Origin: a virus
Lineage: Duplodnaviria; Caudoviricetes
IMG/VR virus record: IMGVR_UViG_3300037755_001295
Location: 1-26,383 of that record
Length of the DNA stretch: 26,383 nt
Reading direction: 5' to 3' (one strand)
Part shown: piece after piece, positions 16,100-23,997 of the stretch
Position numbering within the stretch: the first letter of the stretch is position 1
Layout of the letters: the number at the start of each line of letters is the position of its first letter
Notes under the pieces: model-generated
Databases searched by the model: none
Told to the model about the DNA's origin: nothing
The model's input: only the letters and a program-made list of their open reading frames with translations
Translations under genes and position numbers: made by a program

Positions 16100-16509
16100 C
16101 AGGGCACAACCGCCCATTCGCCCGAGACCCGGAAGTCGACCGACCGGGTGGCGGTGTCCTGGTCGGGGTACTCGATGTTGAGCGCGGTGAGCAGCACGGC
16201 CGCTTCCTCGACGTCGACGCCGTCCTCCGACACCCGCATCGACACGAGGTCCCGGGCCCGGAACGCCGTCTTGAGCGCCACCTGGACCGGCGCGGAGGGC
16301 CGGTAGACGAGCTCGAAGCTGCCGCTGGAGTCGTAGCGGCCGCCGACCACGGTCATCGCCGGGCTGTCCTTCGACGAGGTGTCGATCTCGCCGACGGCTT
16401 CGTCGACGTTCATGTCGCGTTGGCCCTCGAGGGGCAGGAACGTGCCGGGGTTGAGCGGGTCCTCCAGCAGGAGGAGGCCGGCGGTGCCATTGGGGATCTC
16501 GTCAGCCAT
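16099..16509 (-). CDS. Major tail tube protein (TP901-1/GTA-like)
   Basis: 136 aa; GQRD......EIDTSSKDS motif and terminal SVDFRVSGE; synteny. Confidence 0.85.
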   Translation of the reverse strand: MADEIPNGTAGLLLLEDPLNPGTFLPLEGQRDMNVDEAVGEIDTSSKDSPAMTVVGGRYDSSGSFELVYRPSAPVQVALKTAFRARDLVSMRVSEDGVDVEEAAVLLTALNIEYPDQDTATRSVDFRVSGEWAVVP

Positions 16510-16510
16510 C

Positions 16511-16930
16511 TCAGGCCTCCATGGTCAGGAACCGCACGTCGAGCGCGCGGCCATACAGGGTCTCGTCGGTCGGGGCGGTGAACGGCCCGGTCACCTCGGC
16601 CACGTAGCAGTGCTGGCCATCCGCGGACAGGTCGAGGGGGTTGCGGTGCAGGAGCGTGCGGGCCCGTTCGGCGATCTCGTCGACGAGCAACTCGGAGCCG
16701 TCGGCGTCGGTGTAGACCCGGACCCGCCGGCGGATCTCGCGGCCGCGGAGGTCCTTCGTGTCGTTCGGTTCGTCGGCTTCGACACCGGAGATCACCAGGC
16801 ACGGCAGGGTGGCGTCACCGGGGATCGGGTCCGCCGAGAAGATCGCCGGTGCTCCCTGGTAGGTGGCCAGCAGCGCGACCAGCGGTCCGTCGCCGGCGAG
16901 CCGGTCGTGGAGCGCCTCGGTGATGCTCAC
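16511..16930 (-). CDS. Tail terminator/completion protein (DUF3168-like)
   Basis: ALHDRLAGD..LVALL, P..ATLPCLVI, IAERARTLLH; GTGA overlap; precedes tail tube. Confidence 0.8.
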   Translation of the reverse strand: MSITEALHDRLAGDGPLVALLATYQGAPAIFSADPIPGDATLPCLVISGVEADEPNDTKDLRGREIRRRVRVYTDADGSELLVDEIAERARTLLHRNPLDLSADGQHCYVAEVTGPFTAPTDETLYGRALDVRFLTMEA

Positions 16931-17268
16931 TCGGCGTCCTGGACCTGGTCGATGATCCGCTGGAGCTTCGCCACCAGGGTGCGCCGCACGCTTTCTTCGC
17001 CGCGTGCGAGCTCGGCGCCGAGTGCATAGGCAGCCCTCCCGGCCGGGTCGCCGCCGCCGTCGCCTACCCCGTCGGCTACCCATTCGAGGACCTCGTTGAT
17101 GGTCCAGCCCGCCACCAGTGCGGCAGCCGGGTCCTCGACCACCGGCGCCTCGACGACGGGGGGCGGGGCCGAGCAGTCGGGGCAGGCCGGCACAGTCGTC
17201 CCGGTGCCGTAGCGGTGGCGGCGCACGACCACCGGTCGGCCGCAGCCTTCGCAGGTCTTGACGGGCAT
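16927..17268 (-). CDS. Zinc-ribbon + helical (HeH-like) hypothetical protein (113 aa)
   Basis: CEGC...CPDC, Pro linker, WTINEVLEWV...RAAYALGAE...RRTLVAKL; overlaps on both sides. Confidence 0.7.
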   Translation of the reverse strand: MPVKTCEGCGRPVVVRRHRYGTGTTVPACPDCSAPPPVVEAPVVEDPAAALVAGWTINEVLEWVADGVGDGGGDPAGRAAYALGAELARGEESVRRTLVAKLQRIIDQVQDAE

Positions 17269-17672
17269 CAGCCACCACCGCCTCGGTTGATGATCTCGAC
17301 GACCTTGTCGGCCTCGCGGCGCAGGACCGGAGCGAGCCACGGCCGCGGTTGCTGGGAGTAGAGGCGGCCGTCGCGGTCGCGGCCGGCGAACCCGCCCGCG
17401 AGCCGGGCGCCCTTGGCGGCCTGCACGGGGTCGTCGAGCACACCGACGAACCCGCTGACCGTGTTGCGCTTGACCTTGACCTTGTGGCGAACGGCGCGGA
17501 TGAGGTCGCCGTCGACCTTCCCGGGCGGGCCACCGGGCGGCGAACCCGCCGGGCCCGACAGCTCGGCCCGGACGGTGACGCGGACGTGCTTCATGGCCCG
17601 GCGCATGCCCTTGGTCACCTCGCCACGCAGGGCCCGGATCACCTTGCGCTGGTCCCACTGCTCGACCGGCAT
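17268..17672 (-). CDS. HK97 gp10-like neck/tail completion protein
   Basis: Basic; SPPGGPPGKVDGDLIRAV and PRPWLAP motifs; TGATG overlap. Confidence 0.8.
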   Translation of the reverse strand: MPVEQWDQRKVIRALRGEVTKGMRRAMKHVRVTVRAELSGPAGSPPGGPPGKVDGDLIRAVRHKVKVKRNTVSGFVGVLDDPVQAAKGARLAGGFAGRDRDGRLYSQQPRPWLAPVLRREADKVVEIINRGGGG

Positions 17673-17893
17673 CAACCCGACCCCGGCTGCGGAGATCTGC
17701 GCTGGTCGCTGGCCTCGTCGAGGGCGTGGGCGACAGCCTCGTGGGGGGCGTGGGCGACGGTCCCGGCCGCGCCCTGGCAGCTGGCGCACATCTGCGACCG
17801 GCCACGGAACGACGCCCGCGGCCGGGCGCGGCCACACGAGCTGCACCTGCGGCGCGTCCCGGGGACCGCCTTGGCTGGTTTGCTAGCGGCCAC
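17672..17893 (-). CDS. Small CxxC-CxxC zinc-finger protein (73 aa)
   Basis: CSSC...CASC; fills the gap between head closure and gp10-like genes with overlaps; GGAG RBS. Confidence 0.6.
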   Translation of the reverse strand: MAASKPAKAVPGTRRRCSSCGRARPRASFRGRSQMCASCQGAAGTVAHAPHEAVAHALDEASDQRRSPQPGSG

Positions 17894-18224
17894 GTTGGAT
17901 CTCCTCGAGGTCGACGCGGAGGTGATCGAGCGGGGAGTCGTCGTCCCAGTCGCCAGTGAAGAGGACCTTGAAGCGGCGCCCGTCGGGGTGCACGAGCTCG
18001 TCGTGGCGGGCGATGCCGGCGTCGATGTCGGCGAAGAACACCCATCGGGCCTCGGCCCACTCCTGCTCGGCGATGTGGCGCTCGACGGCCGAGAGCGGCT
18101 GGAGGCTCCCGGTGACGGTGCCGATCGGGGCGAAGGCCTCGGTCCATCCGCCGGCGCCGTCGGTGGTGCGGGCCTTGCGTTCGACGACCAGGGTGCGGTT
18201 GGCGAACCTGGCGTGGACGGCCAT
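17883..18224 (-). CDS. Head closure/stopper protein (SPP1 gp16-like)
   Basis: DGAGGWTE, LQPLSAVER, D.LV..DGRRFKV motifs; TGATG overlap. Confidence 0.85.
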   Translation of the reverse strand: MAVHARFANRTLVVERKARTTDGAGGWTEAFAPIGTVTGSLQPLSAVERHIAEQEWAEARWVFFADIDAGIARHDELVHPDGRRFKVLFTGDWDDDSPLDHLRVDLEEIQRGR

Positions 18225-18763
18225 CAGCCGAGCCGGGGCCCGAAGATCGAACGGAGCCGGGTGGCTTCGGCTTGGGTGGCCCAGATGTTCGACCCCGCCG
18301 CGTTCGAGACGTAGGCGACGGACTGGCCGCCCGTCGCCTGCTGGGAGATCCCCGCCAGGGTCTCGGGACGCACCGCCCGCTGCACCATCGAGCACACCAG
18401 CCCGACGATCCACGACGGGACGGGGTCGAACCCATGCGTGTAGGTGACCTCGATCAGCGAGCAGGTCGACCAGCAACCCACCAGGCTCCGCAGCTGGCCG
18501 TGCGACAGGAGCCTCCACCCCGTAGCGGCCAGCGCGGTGCCATCGACGGTGACCAGGAGCACCGAGGTGACCGGGACCTGCGGGAGCTGCAACAGGTCGG
18601 AGCCCTCGCCCTCACCGGTCCAGACGTCGTCGACGACACGGACGATGTCGAGGCCCGCGATCTGCACGGCAAGCGACGACGCGTCCGCGAGGAGCGCCTC
18701 GATCTGGAGCCCGTCGCTGGCGTTGCCGTAGCGGGCCTCGTAGTCGGGCAGTGTCGCCAGCAC
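18224..18763 (-). CDS. Head-tail connector/adaptor
   Basis: LATLPDY...LLADAS, LPQVPVTSV, IEVTYTHGF..VP, GGQSVAY; synteny. Confidence 0.85.
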   Translation of the reverse strand: MLATLPDYEARYGNASDGLQIEALLADASSLAVQIAGLDIVRVVDDVWTGEGEGSDLLQLPQVPVTSVLLVTVDGTALAATGWRLLSHGQLRSLVGCWSTCSLIEVTYTHGFDPVPSWIVGLVCSMVQRAVRPETLAGISQQATGGQSVAYVSNAAGSNIWATQAEATRLRSIFGPRLG

Positions 18764-18796
18764 GGCTAGTCCTCGACGTCGGCCTGGTCCACCCCG

Positions 18797-19234
18797 TCAG
18801 GCGGCGCCGGGTCCGGGACTTGCCGCTGGTGAGGTGGCGTCGGGGCCGTCGCCGGCGGGCGGACCATCCGGTCCTGAGGCGTCGGGTTGCCCTGTTCCGG
18901 GGTCGCTGGCTGATCCTTCATCGGGGTCCTCCTCGGCGGCCTTCGCGGCGAGCTCGGCGGTGATGTGGGCGACGAGGTCGTCCTTGCGCTTCATGCGCTT
19001 GGGGATCTCGATCCCAGCCGCGTCGGCGGCCGCCCGGAGCGCCTTGGCCGTCATGGCCTCGAGCGCGACGTCCTCGCCGGCGGCAGGGGTGGCTTGGCCG
19101 ATGATCTGGGCGTACCCGGCGGCCTCGAGATCGCCGGCCTCGAGATCGGGCAGGTCGATCTCACCGCCGACCGGTGGCCACTCGGCGTCGTTGCGGTAGC
19201 CGGTGATGTGGGTCTTCATGCGGACGCGCAGCAC
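18797..19234 (-). CDS. Capsid-adjacent protein with Rho-N/HeH-like module and acidic Pro-rich tail
   Basis: GGGAGG RBS before GTG 19234; G.EIDLPD.EA..L..AGYA; LEAMTAKALRAAADAAGIEIPKRMKRKDDLVAHI. Confidence 0.7.
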   Translation of the reverse strand: MLRVRMKTHITGYRNDAEWPPVGGEIDLPDLEAGDLEAAGYAQIIGQATPAAGEDVALEAMTAKALRAAADAAGIEIPKRMKRKDDLVAHITAELAAKAAEEDPDEGSASDPGTGQPDASGPDGPPAGDGPDATSPAASPGPGAA

Positions 19235-19267
19235 GGCCGCCTCCCTTCTGGGTGGGGGTGGGGGTTT

Positions 19268-19322
19268 CACCTGGCCGGTGCCCCGGTCGTGCGCACGGCA
19301 GCGACGGGGCCCCGGCCAGGCG
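19268..19322 (-). terminator. Long intergenic hairpin after the capsid/decoration genes
   Basis: CCTGGCCGG..GCCCC..GTCG pairs with CGAC.GGGGC.CCGGCCAGG; typical position for attenuation or mRNA stabilisation. Confidence 0.55.
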
Positions 19323-19325
19323 AGG

Positions 19326-19721
19326 TCAGGCCGGGCTGGTGATGGGGTCGCCCTTGACCACGACGGCGGTGATGAACTGCCCGGCGGAGGCGACGGTCTC
19401 GGTGAGCACGACACGGATGAACCGCCGGGTGCCGAGGTAGCCGACCTCCTGCACGTTGTCGTCGGCGGCCGAGGTGATCGCGGCGAAGCTGCCCGACAGG
19501 TCACCCGCCGCGACGGTCGTGTAGCCCGAGCCGATCACGTCGGACTCCTCCACGGTCGGCGTGAAGGTGCCGTCGGTGGCCACCCCCGCATGCACGACCA
19601 CAGCCGCTGACCGGAACCCGGCGAGGTCGACACCGGTGCCGGTCGTGGTGGCCGTGAGCGCCGCCTGGGGTGCGACCGAGTTCACGACAGCGATCTGACG
19701 GTCGAGGTCTCTGAGGGTCAT
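19326..19721 (-). CDS. Capsid decoration/cement protein candidate (jelly-roll)
   Basis: TGTGVDLAGF, TVEESD, VGYLGTRRFIRV motifs; AAGGAG RBS; close to the capsid gene. Confidence 0.7.
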   Translation of the reverse strand: MTLRDLDRQIAVVNSVAPQAALTATTTGTGVDLAGFRSAAVVVHAGVATDGTFTPTVEESDVIGSGYTTVAAGDLSGSFAAITSAADDNVQEVGYLGTRRFIRVVLTETVASAGQFITAVVVKGDPITSPA

Positions 19722-19754
19722 GGTCGTGCTCCTTCAGTGAGACGATGTGTGGCC

Positions 19755-20009
19755 ATGGGTGTTGAGGGCATGCTCGGCGAGAGCAAGCTGCGCCAAGCCG
19801 AGGCAGCGATCGGCGCCGAGCTGCTGTTCGCCGTCGCCACCCACGACGGCTGGGTCGTGGGAGTCACGCCCGATGACCGGCACGTCGGGTGGCGCCCCCG
19901 CACAGGTCAGGTTGAGCCGATCACCGAGCCGGAGCACTGGACCAGCTGCCCCACCCGGGGCGGACCGACGGAGCGCCGCACCCGGGGCGGCCGCCGCCCG
20001 GCTGGTTGA
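19755..20009 (+). CDS. Antisense-oriented hypothetical protein inside the head operon (~84 aa)
   Basis: Strong GC third-position bias on the + strand; fills the gap between two minus genes; HWTSCP motif; start uncertain (19737-19770). Confidence 0.6.
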   Translation: MGVEGMLGESKLRQAEAAIGAELLFAVATHDGWVVGVTPDDRHVGWRPRTGQVEPITEPEHWTSCPTRGGPTERRTRGGRRPAG

Positions 20010-20017
20010 CCGGCCGG

Positions 20018-20347
20018 TCAGGGGCGTGATGTCAGGTGGGCTGTGACCGTCGCGGTGCCGGTGACGACGGAACGCACCTCAGCCCGCGTGTACCGAGCCG
20101 GCTTGTCATCGAAGAGCGAGAGGAGCACCTGCGATGTGCTGCCCTCGATGACGACAGCAGGGCCGAGCGGGTACCAGTTGACGCCGTCGAGCGAGCCTCG
20201 CCCTTCGACGTCGACGCGGTCGCCGGCCGAGCCGAGCTCGACGGTCCACTGGAACGCGTGGTCCGACTTGACCTCGTGGAGGTCCAGCTCCGCGCCGGGC
20301 CCTGCTGATGTCGCCTCGTCGAGGCTCTTGGCTGGGATGGTCCACAT
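20018..20347 (-). CDS. Second jelly-roll decoration/spike-base candidate
   Basis: GSLDGVNW and ARYTRAEV motifs; beta-rich 109 aa directly after capsid. Confidence 0.6.
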   Translation of the reverse strand: MWTIPAKSLDEATSAGPGAELDLHEVKSDHAFQWTVELGSAGDRVDVEGRGSLDGVNWYPLGPAVVIEGSTSQVLLSLFDDKPARYTRAEVRSVVTGTATVTAHLTSRP

Positions 20348-20353
20348 GGCTGC

Positions 20354-21655
20354 CTACAGCTGGACCAGGACCTTGGCGGCCGAGGCGTCCTGGACGATGC
20401 CGTCGGCTCGTTCGAAGCCGAGGAAGCCGACCTGGAGGAAGTCGGCGTAGCGCTCGGCCAACCTGAGCATCTGGGCGCCGTTGACCCGGCGGGCGACGTA
20501 CATCGACCGCCAGCCGCCGAACCCGAGGAGCTTCTGGGTGGTGGCGGGCACACCGGCGGGGGGTGAGGCCATGTCGTTGTTGACCGTGGTCGCGTAGCCG
20601 AAGAGGCTGTCGGGCTGGCCGATCTGGATGGAGGGTTCCCAGATGGGGCGGCCGAGGCCGGCGCCACCCGAGTCGTCGCGGATCTTGCGGACGTAGGCGA
20701 GGGTGAGGTCGTGGAGCTGGAACCCGACGTCGGGCCCGGACCGGTAGGCGACGTCGACGGAGTGGATCAGGTTGATGATGTCGTTGACCGTGATCGCGGT
20801 GGCGCCGGCGCTGGTGGCGCCGGTGGTGGCGCCGGTCACCCATCCCTGGGGCTGGTTGACGCCGGTGCCGGTGGTCCAGTGCTCGTTGAAGATCCGGCCG
20901 AGACGCTCGCCGAGCTTGCGGGCGACGAAGCTCTCGATGTCGACGCCGGAGTCCTGCAGCAGCTGCAGCGACACCCGGACGAGCTTCGAGCTGTACATGT
21001 AGGCGCCGAGGGTCTTGCCGCCGAAGGTGACGTCCTGCTCGGTGACGACGGTGTTCTCCGACAGCAGGGCGCCCTTGTTGCCGGTGTCGTCGTTGGTGGG
21101 CCACGGGATGTCCTGGCCGCTGTCGGTGTCGAGGGTCTCGACGCCGGCCTGGAGGACGCCACCGAAGTACCGCATGGTCTCGGTGACCTTGGCCCAGAAC
21201 CCCTCCGGGACGGTGTAGCCACCCGCGGTCCCGGTGCCGGCGCCCAGGGCCCGGGCGACGCCCTTGTCGGCGCTGAAGTGCTTGCGGACCAGCTGGCGCT
21301 CCTCGGGCTCGAGCTCGTTGAGGCCGAAGCGCATGTACGAGGTGAAGGCCTTGCGGTAGTCGTCGAGGCTCGCGCCGTCCCCGCCAGAGGCGCCGCCGGT
21401 GCCGTCGCTGGGGTCGCCGGTGCCGCCGCGGGTGGTGCGGTCGTCGATCTCGGCGAACTCCTTGTCGAGTCGCTCGGTGCGCTCCCGGGTGTCGATCTTG
21501 GCCTTGAGCTCGTCGACCTCGTCGAGGGCACGCGCCCACGCGGCCTCGTCCTCGGCGGACATGGTGTCGCCCTTGGCGTGGCGGGCGTTGAACTCGAGGG
21601 CCTGGTTCCAGACGTTGGCGCGCTTTTCGCGCATCTCGATGAGAGTGGGCATCAC
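20354..21655 (-). CDS. Major capsid protein, HK97 fold with N-terminal delta domain
   Basis: Coiled-coil N-terminus; AGGYTVPE, VSLQLLQDS, GTGVNQPQG, GRPIW, QVGFLGFERADG. Confidence 0.97.
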   Translation of the reverse strand: MMPTLIEMREKRANVWNQALEFNARHAKGDTMSAEDEAAWARALDEVDELKAKIDTRERTERLDKEFAEIDDRTTRGGTGDPSDGTGGASGGDGASLDDYRKAFTSYMRFGLNELEPEERQLVRKHFSADKGVARALGAGTGTAGGYTVPEGFWAKVTETMRYFGGVLQAGVETLDTDSGQDIPWPTNDDTGNKGALLSENTVVTEQDVTFGGKTLGAYMYSSKLVRVSLQLLQDSGVDIESFVARKLGERLGRIFNEHWTTGTGVNQPQGWVTGATTGATSAGATAITVNDIINLIHSVDVAYRSGPDVGFQLHDLTLAYVRKIRDDSGGAGLGRPIWEPSIQIGQPDSLFGYATTVNNDMASPPAGVPATTQKLLGFGGWRSMYVARRVNGAQMLRLAERYADFLQVGFLGFERADGIVQDASAAKVLVQL

Positions 21656-22539
21656 AGCTCCTTGGGCTGCATGGCGGTCGCGCCGGCGAGGGTGCGCAAC
21701 GCGAGCGCCTTACCGGTTGGGGTGGCGCCCGTGGAGCTGGCCGGCGGGCTGTTGTCGCGGGTGCCCCGAGGCGGCCCGCTGGGGTCCTGGGTGGTCTCGG
21801 CCGGCCCAGGGAGGGTGGCGCCGCGGGCGATGTGGCGCAGCGCGGCGAGAAGGTCGGGGTCGGGGTCCGCCAGGCGCCGGGCGAGCGCGTCGAGGTCGAC
21901 GGCGTCGAAGCCGTTGGCGCGGGCGGCGGCCATGACGTCGAGGCGCAGCGAGGCGTCGGTCTCGACGTAGGCGGGGTAGGTGACCGTCGAGACGTCCCAG
22001 AGGGCGATCTCGATGTGGCGGAGGATCTCGTTGCCGTCCTCGGCCTCACCCCAGGAGTACTCGATCATGTCGAACGCGAACGACATCTGGGTGACGTCAC
22101 GGGCCTCGAGCGACAGGGCGAGGTCCCGGGCGTAGCTCGTCGGGGTCATGTCGGCGTCGACGCCCAGGCCGATGCTGTCCTCGGCGAGGCGGAGGTTGCC
22201 GGCCTTGTTGCGGGCCAGGATGAGGTCGACGTTGTGGTTCTGCAGGAACCGGATGTCGGCTTCGGTGATGGTCTTGGTGCAGGCCCCGGGCAGGACCTCC
22301 TCCCAGAACCCCCAGCGCTTCGAGCCGATCCAGGTCCGCTTGTTGTAGAGCACCGCGTGGCCCTTGAACCCGATGGGGCCGTCGTCGCCCTCGGCGCGGG
22401 TGATCTTGGGCCTGGCGTCGCCGGCCAGGTCGACGGTCCGGCGCAGGTGCCCGGCGCCGTCGACGGGCACGTCGATCGTGCGGCGCCCGGTGTCGAGCAT
22501 GAGCGCGCGGCGGCGCATGTCCGGTACGGCTCGAGCCAT
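21652..22539 (-). CDS. HK97-family prohead protease
   Basis: GHAVLYN, FLQNHN, QMSFAF, LWDVSTVTYPAY; C-terminal extension. Confidence 0.95.
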   Translation of the reverse strand: MARAVPDMRRRALMLDTGRRTIDVPVDGAGHLRRTVDLAGDARPKITRAEGDDGPIGFKGHAVLYNKRTWIGSKRWGFWEEVLPGACTKTITEADIRFLQNHNVDLILARNKAGNLRLAEDSIGLGVDADMTPTSYARDLALSLEARDVTQMSFAFDMIEYSWGEAEDGNEILRHIEIALWDVSTVTYPAYVETDASLRLDVMAAARANGFDAVDLDALARRLADPDPDLLAALRHIARGATLPGPAETTQDPSGPPRGTRDNSPPASSTGATPTGKALALRTLAGATAMQPKEL

Positions 22540-22556
22540 CAACGGCTCCCCTTCTC

Positions 22557-23798
22557 TCAGGCGGCCTCGGCGGGCGCGGGTGTGTCGGCGCCGGCGCCGG
22601 CCACGATCTGCTGGTTGCGGGGGATCGTGTAGAAGTCGAGGCCCTCGACGGGCTCGAGGTCTTCCTTGTCACGGACGAACGCGGGGGAGATGGCACCGAG
22701 CGACGCCAGGACCCGGTAGAACTCGGCGCGGGCCTTGGAGTCGCCGCGCAGCAGGCCCTCGAGGATCGACTTGGCGAACCAGGTCCCGTTGCTCCAGCCG
22801 CCCGGGAGCAGCTCGCGGGTGGCGCGCTGTTCCCACCCGAGGATCCAGTTGCTCAGGGAGAACTTGACCCACCCCAGCACCTGCTGTTCGATGCCGGTCC
22901 CCCAACTGGTCGACCGCTCGACGTCGCCGATGAGGTGCGGTGGGATACCGATGATCCGGGCGGTCTCGCCGAGGGAGAACCGGCGGGATTCGAGGAGCTG
23001 CGCATCGCCGGGGGGCAGCGCCACGGCCTCGAACTTGGCGCCACGGTCGAGGACACCGATCTCGCCGGCCCGGCGGGGCCCGCCCACCAGTGCCTTCCAG
23101 CGCCGTTTGAGCGCGGTGACGGCGTCGTTGTCGAGCTCCTGGTCGGTGGTGAGGATCCCCGAGAGCATCGACCCGTTGCCGTAGAGGGCCGCGGCGCTGT
23201 CCTCCGCGGCGATCGCGATGCCCAGCGCCTGGCGCATCACGTGCAACGGCCGGAGCCCGGCGACACCATCGGGCGACAAGTAGGGCAGGTGGAAGATGTC
23301 CCATCCGCTGTAGCGGCCCTGCTCGCCGCTCGGGAACGTGACCTCGAAGAGCTTCCCGGCGGGGTCGCGCTCGCTGGGCTCGGTCTCATACACCCGCACC
23401 CGCGACGGGTGGATCGACCAGGTCTCGCGGACGATGTCGGCGCCGTCTCGGACCTTGAACGCGAAGGCGTTGCCCCAGGAGATCCCGTTGGCGAAGAGCG
23501 TGAAGCGGAACTCGAAGGGCGTCTGGCGGGGGTTGGGGTTGTCGAGGACCGTCTTCTGGCGGACCTGCTCGCTGGTGCCGTCGACGTACACCTTGACCGG
23601 CAACCCGGCGAGGGTGCCCGCGGTGATCGCCACGCCGCGGTAGTACGCGGGGATCCCGTAGACACGCTTCTCGGTGACCCGCACGCCGGCGTCGCTGCGT
23701 TCGCCGCCCAGCCAGTCGGCGAGCACCGTCGAGGTGAGCGGGAGACCCGGGTCCTCGATCGAGAAGTGGTCGCGCAGGAACGAGCCGAGGACGCTCAC
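22557..23798 (-). CDS. HK97-family portal protein
   Basis: PNPRQTPFEF, WGNAF, DAQLLESR, IGIPPHLIG, SWGTGIEQQ, LLRGD. Confidence 0.97.
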   Translation of the reverse strand: MSVLGSFLRDHFSIEDPGLPLTSTVLADWLGGERSDAGVRVTEKRVYGIPAYYRGVAITAGTLAGLPVKVYVDGTSEQVRQKTVLDNPNPRQTPFEFRFTLFANGISWGNAFAFKVRDGADIVRETWSIHPSRVRVYETEPSERDPAGKLFEVTFPSGEQGRYSGWDIFHLPYLSPDGVAGLRPLHVMRQALGIAIAAEDSAAALYGNGSMLSGILTTDQELDNDAVTALKRRWKALVGGPRRAGEIGVLDRGAKFEAVALPPGDAQLLESRRFSLGETARIIGIPPHLIGDVERSTSWGTGIEQQVLGWVKFSLSNWILGWEQRATRELLPGGWSNGTWFAKSILEGLLRGDSKARAEFYRVLASLGAISPAFVRDKEDLEPVEGLDFYTIPRNQQIVAGAGADTPAPAEAA

Positions 23799-23986
23799 GG
23801 ATCTCGGCTGGGTGGGGTCTCGCCGGACTTCAACAAGAGCGCGACACCCGCCGCGATCCAGCCGGCTGCGCCGCCGAAGCGCTGCGTGACACCGACGGTG
23901 ACAGCGGCGGCGCCGGCGAGCTCGACGAGAGGCGACTGGACCTTGGCTCCGAGCGTCTTGAGGAGAGCCTTGAGGGTGCTGATCAT
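23795..23986 (-). CDS. Small membrane protein between TerL and portal (63 aa)
   Basis: Two short hydrophobic segments; GGAG RBS; GTGA overlap with portal. Confidence 0.7.
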   Translation of the reverse strand: MISTLKALLKTLGAKVQSPLVELAGAAAVTVGVTQRFGGAAGWIAAGVALLLKSGETPPSRDP

Positions 23987-23997
23987 CGGGTCTCCGT

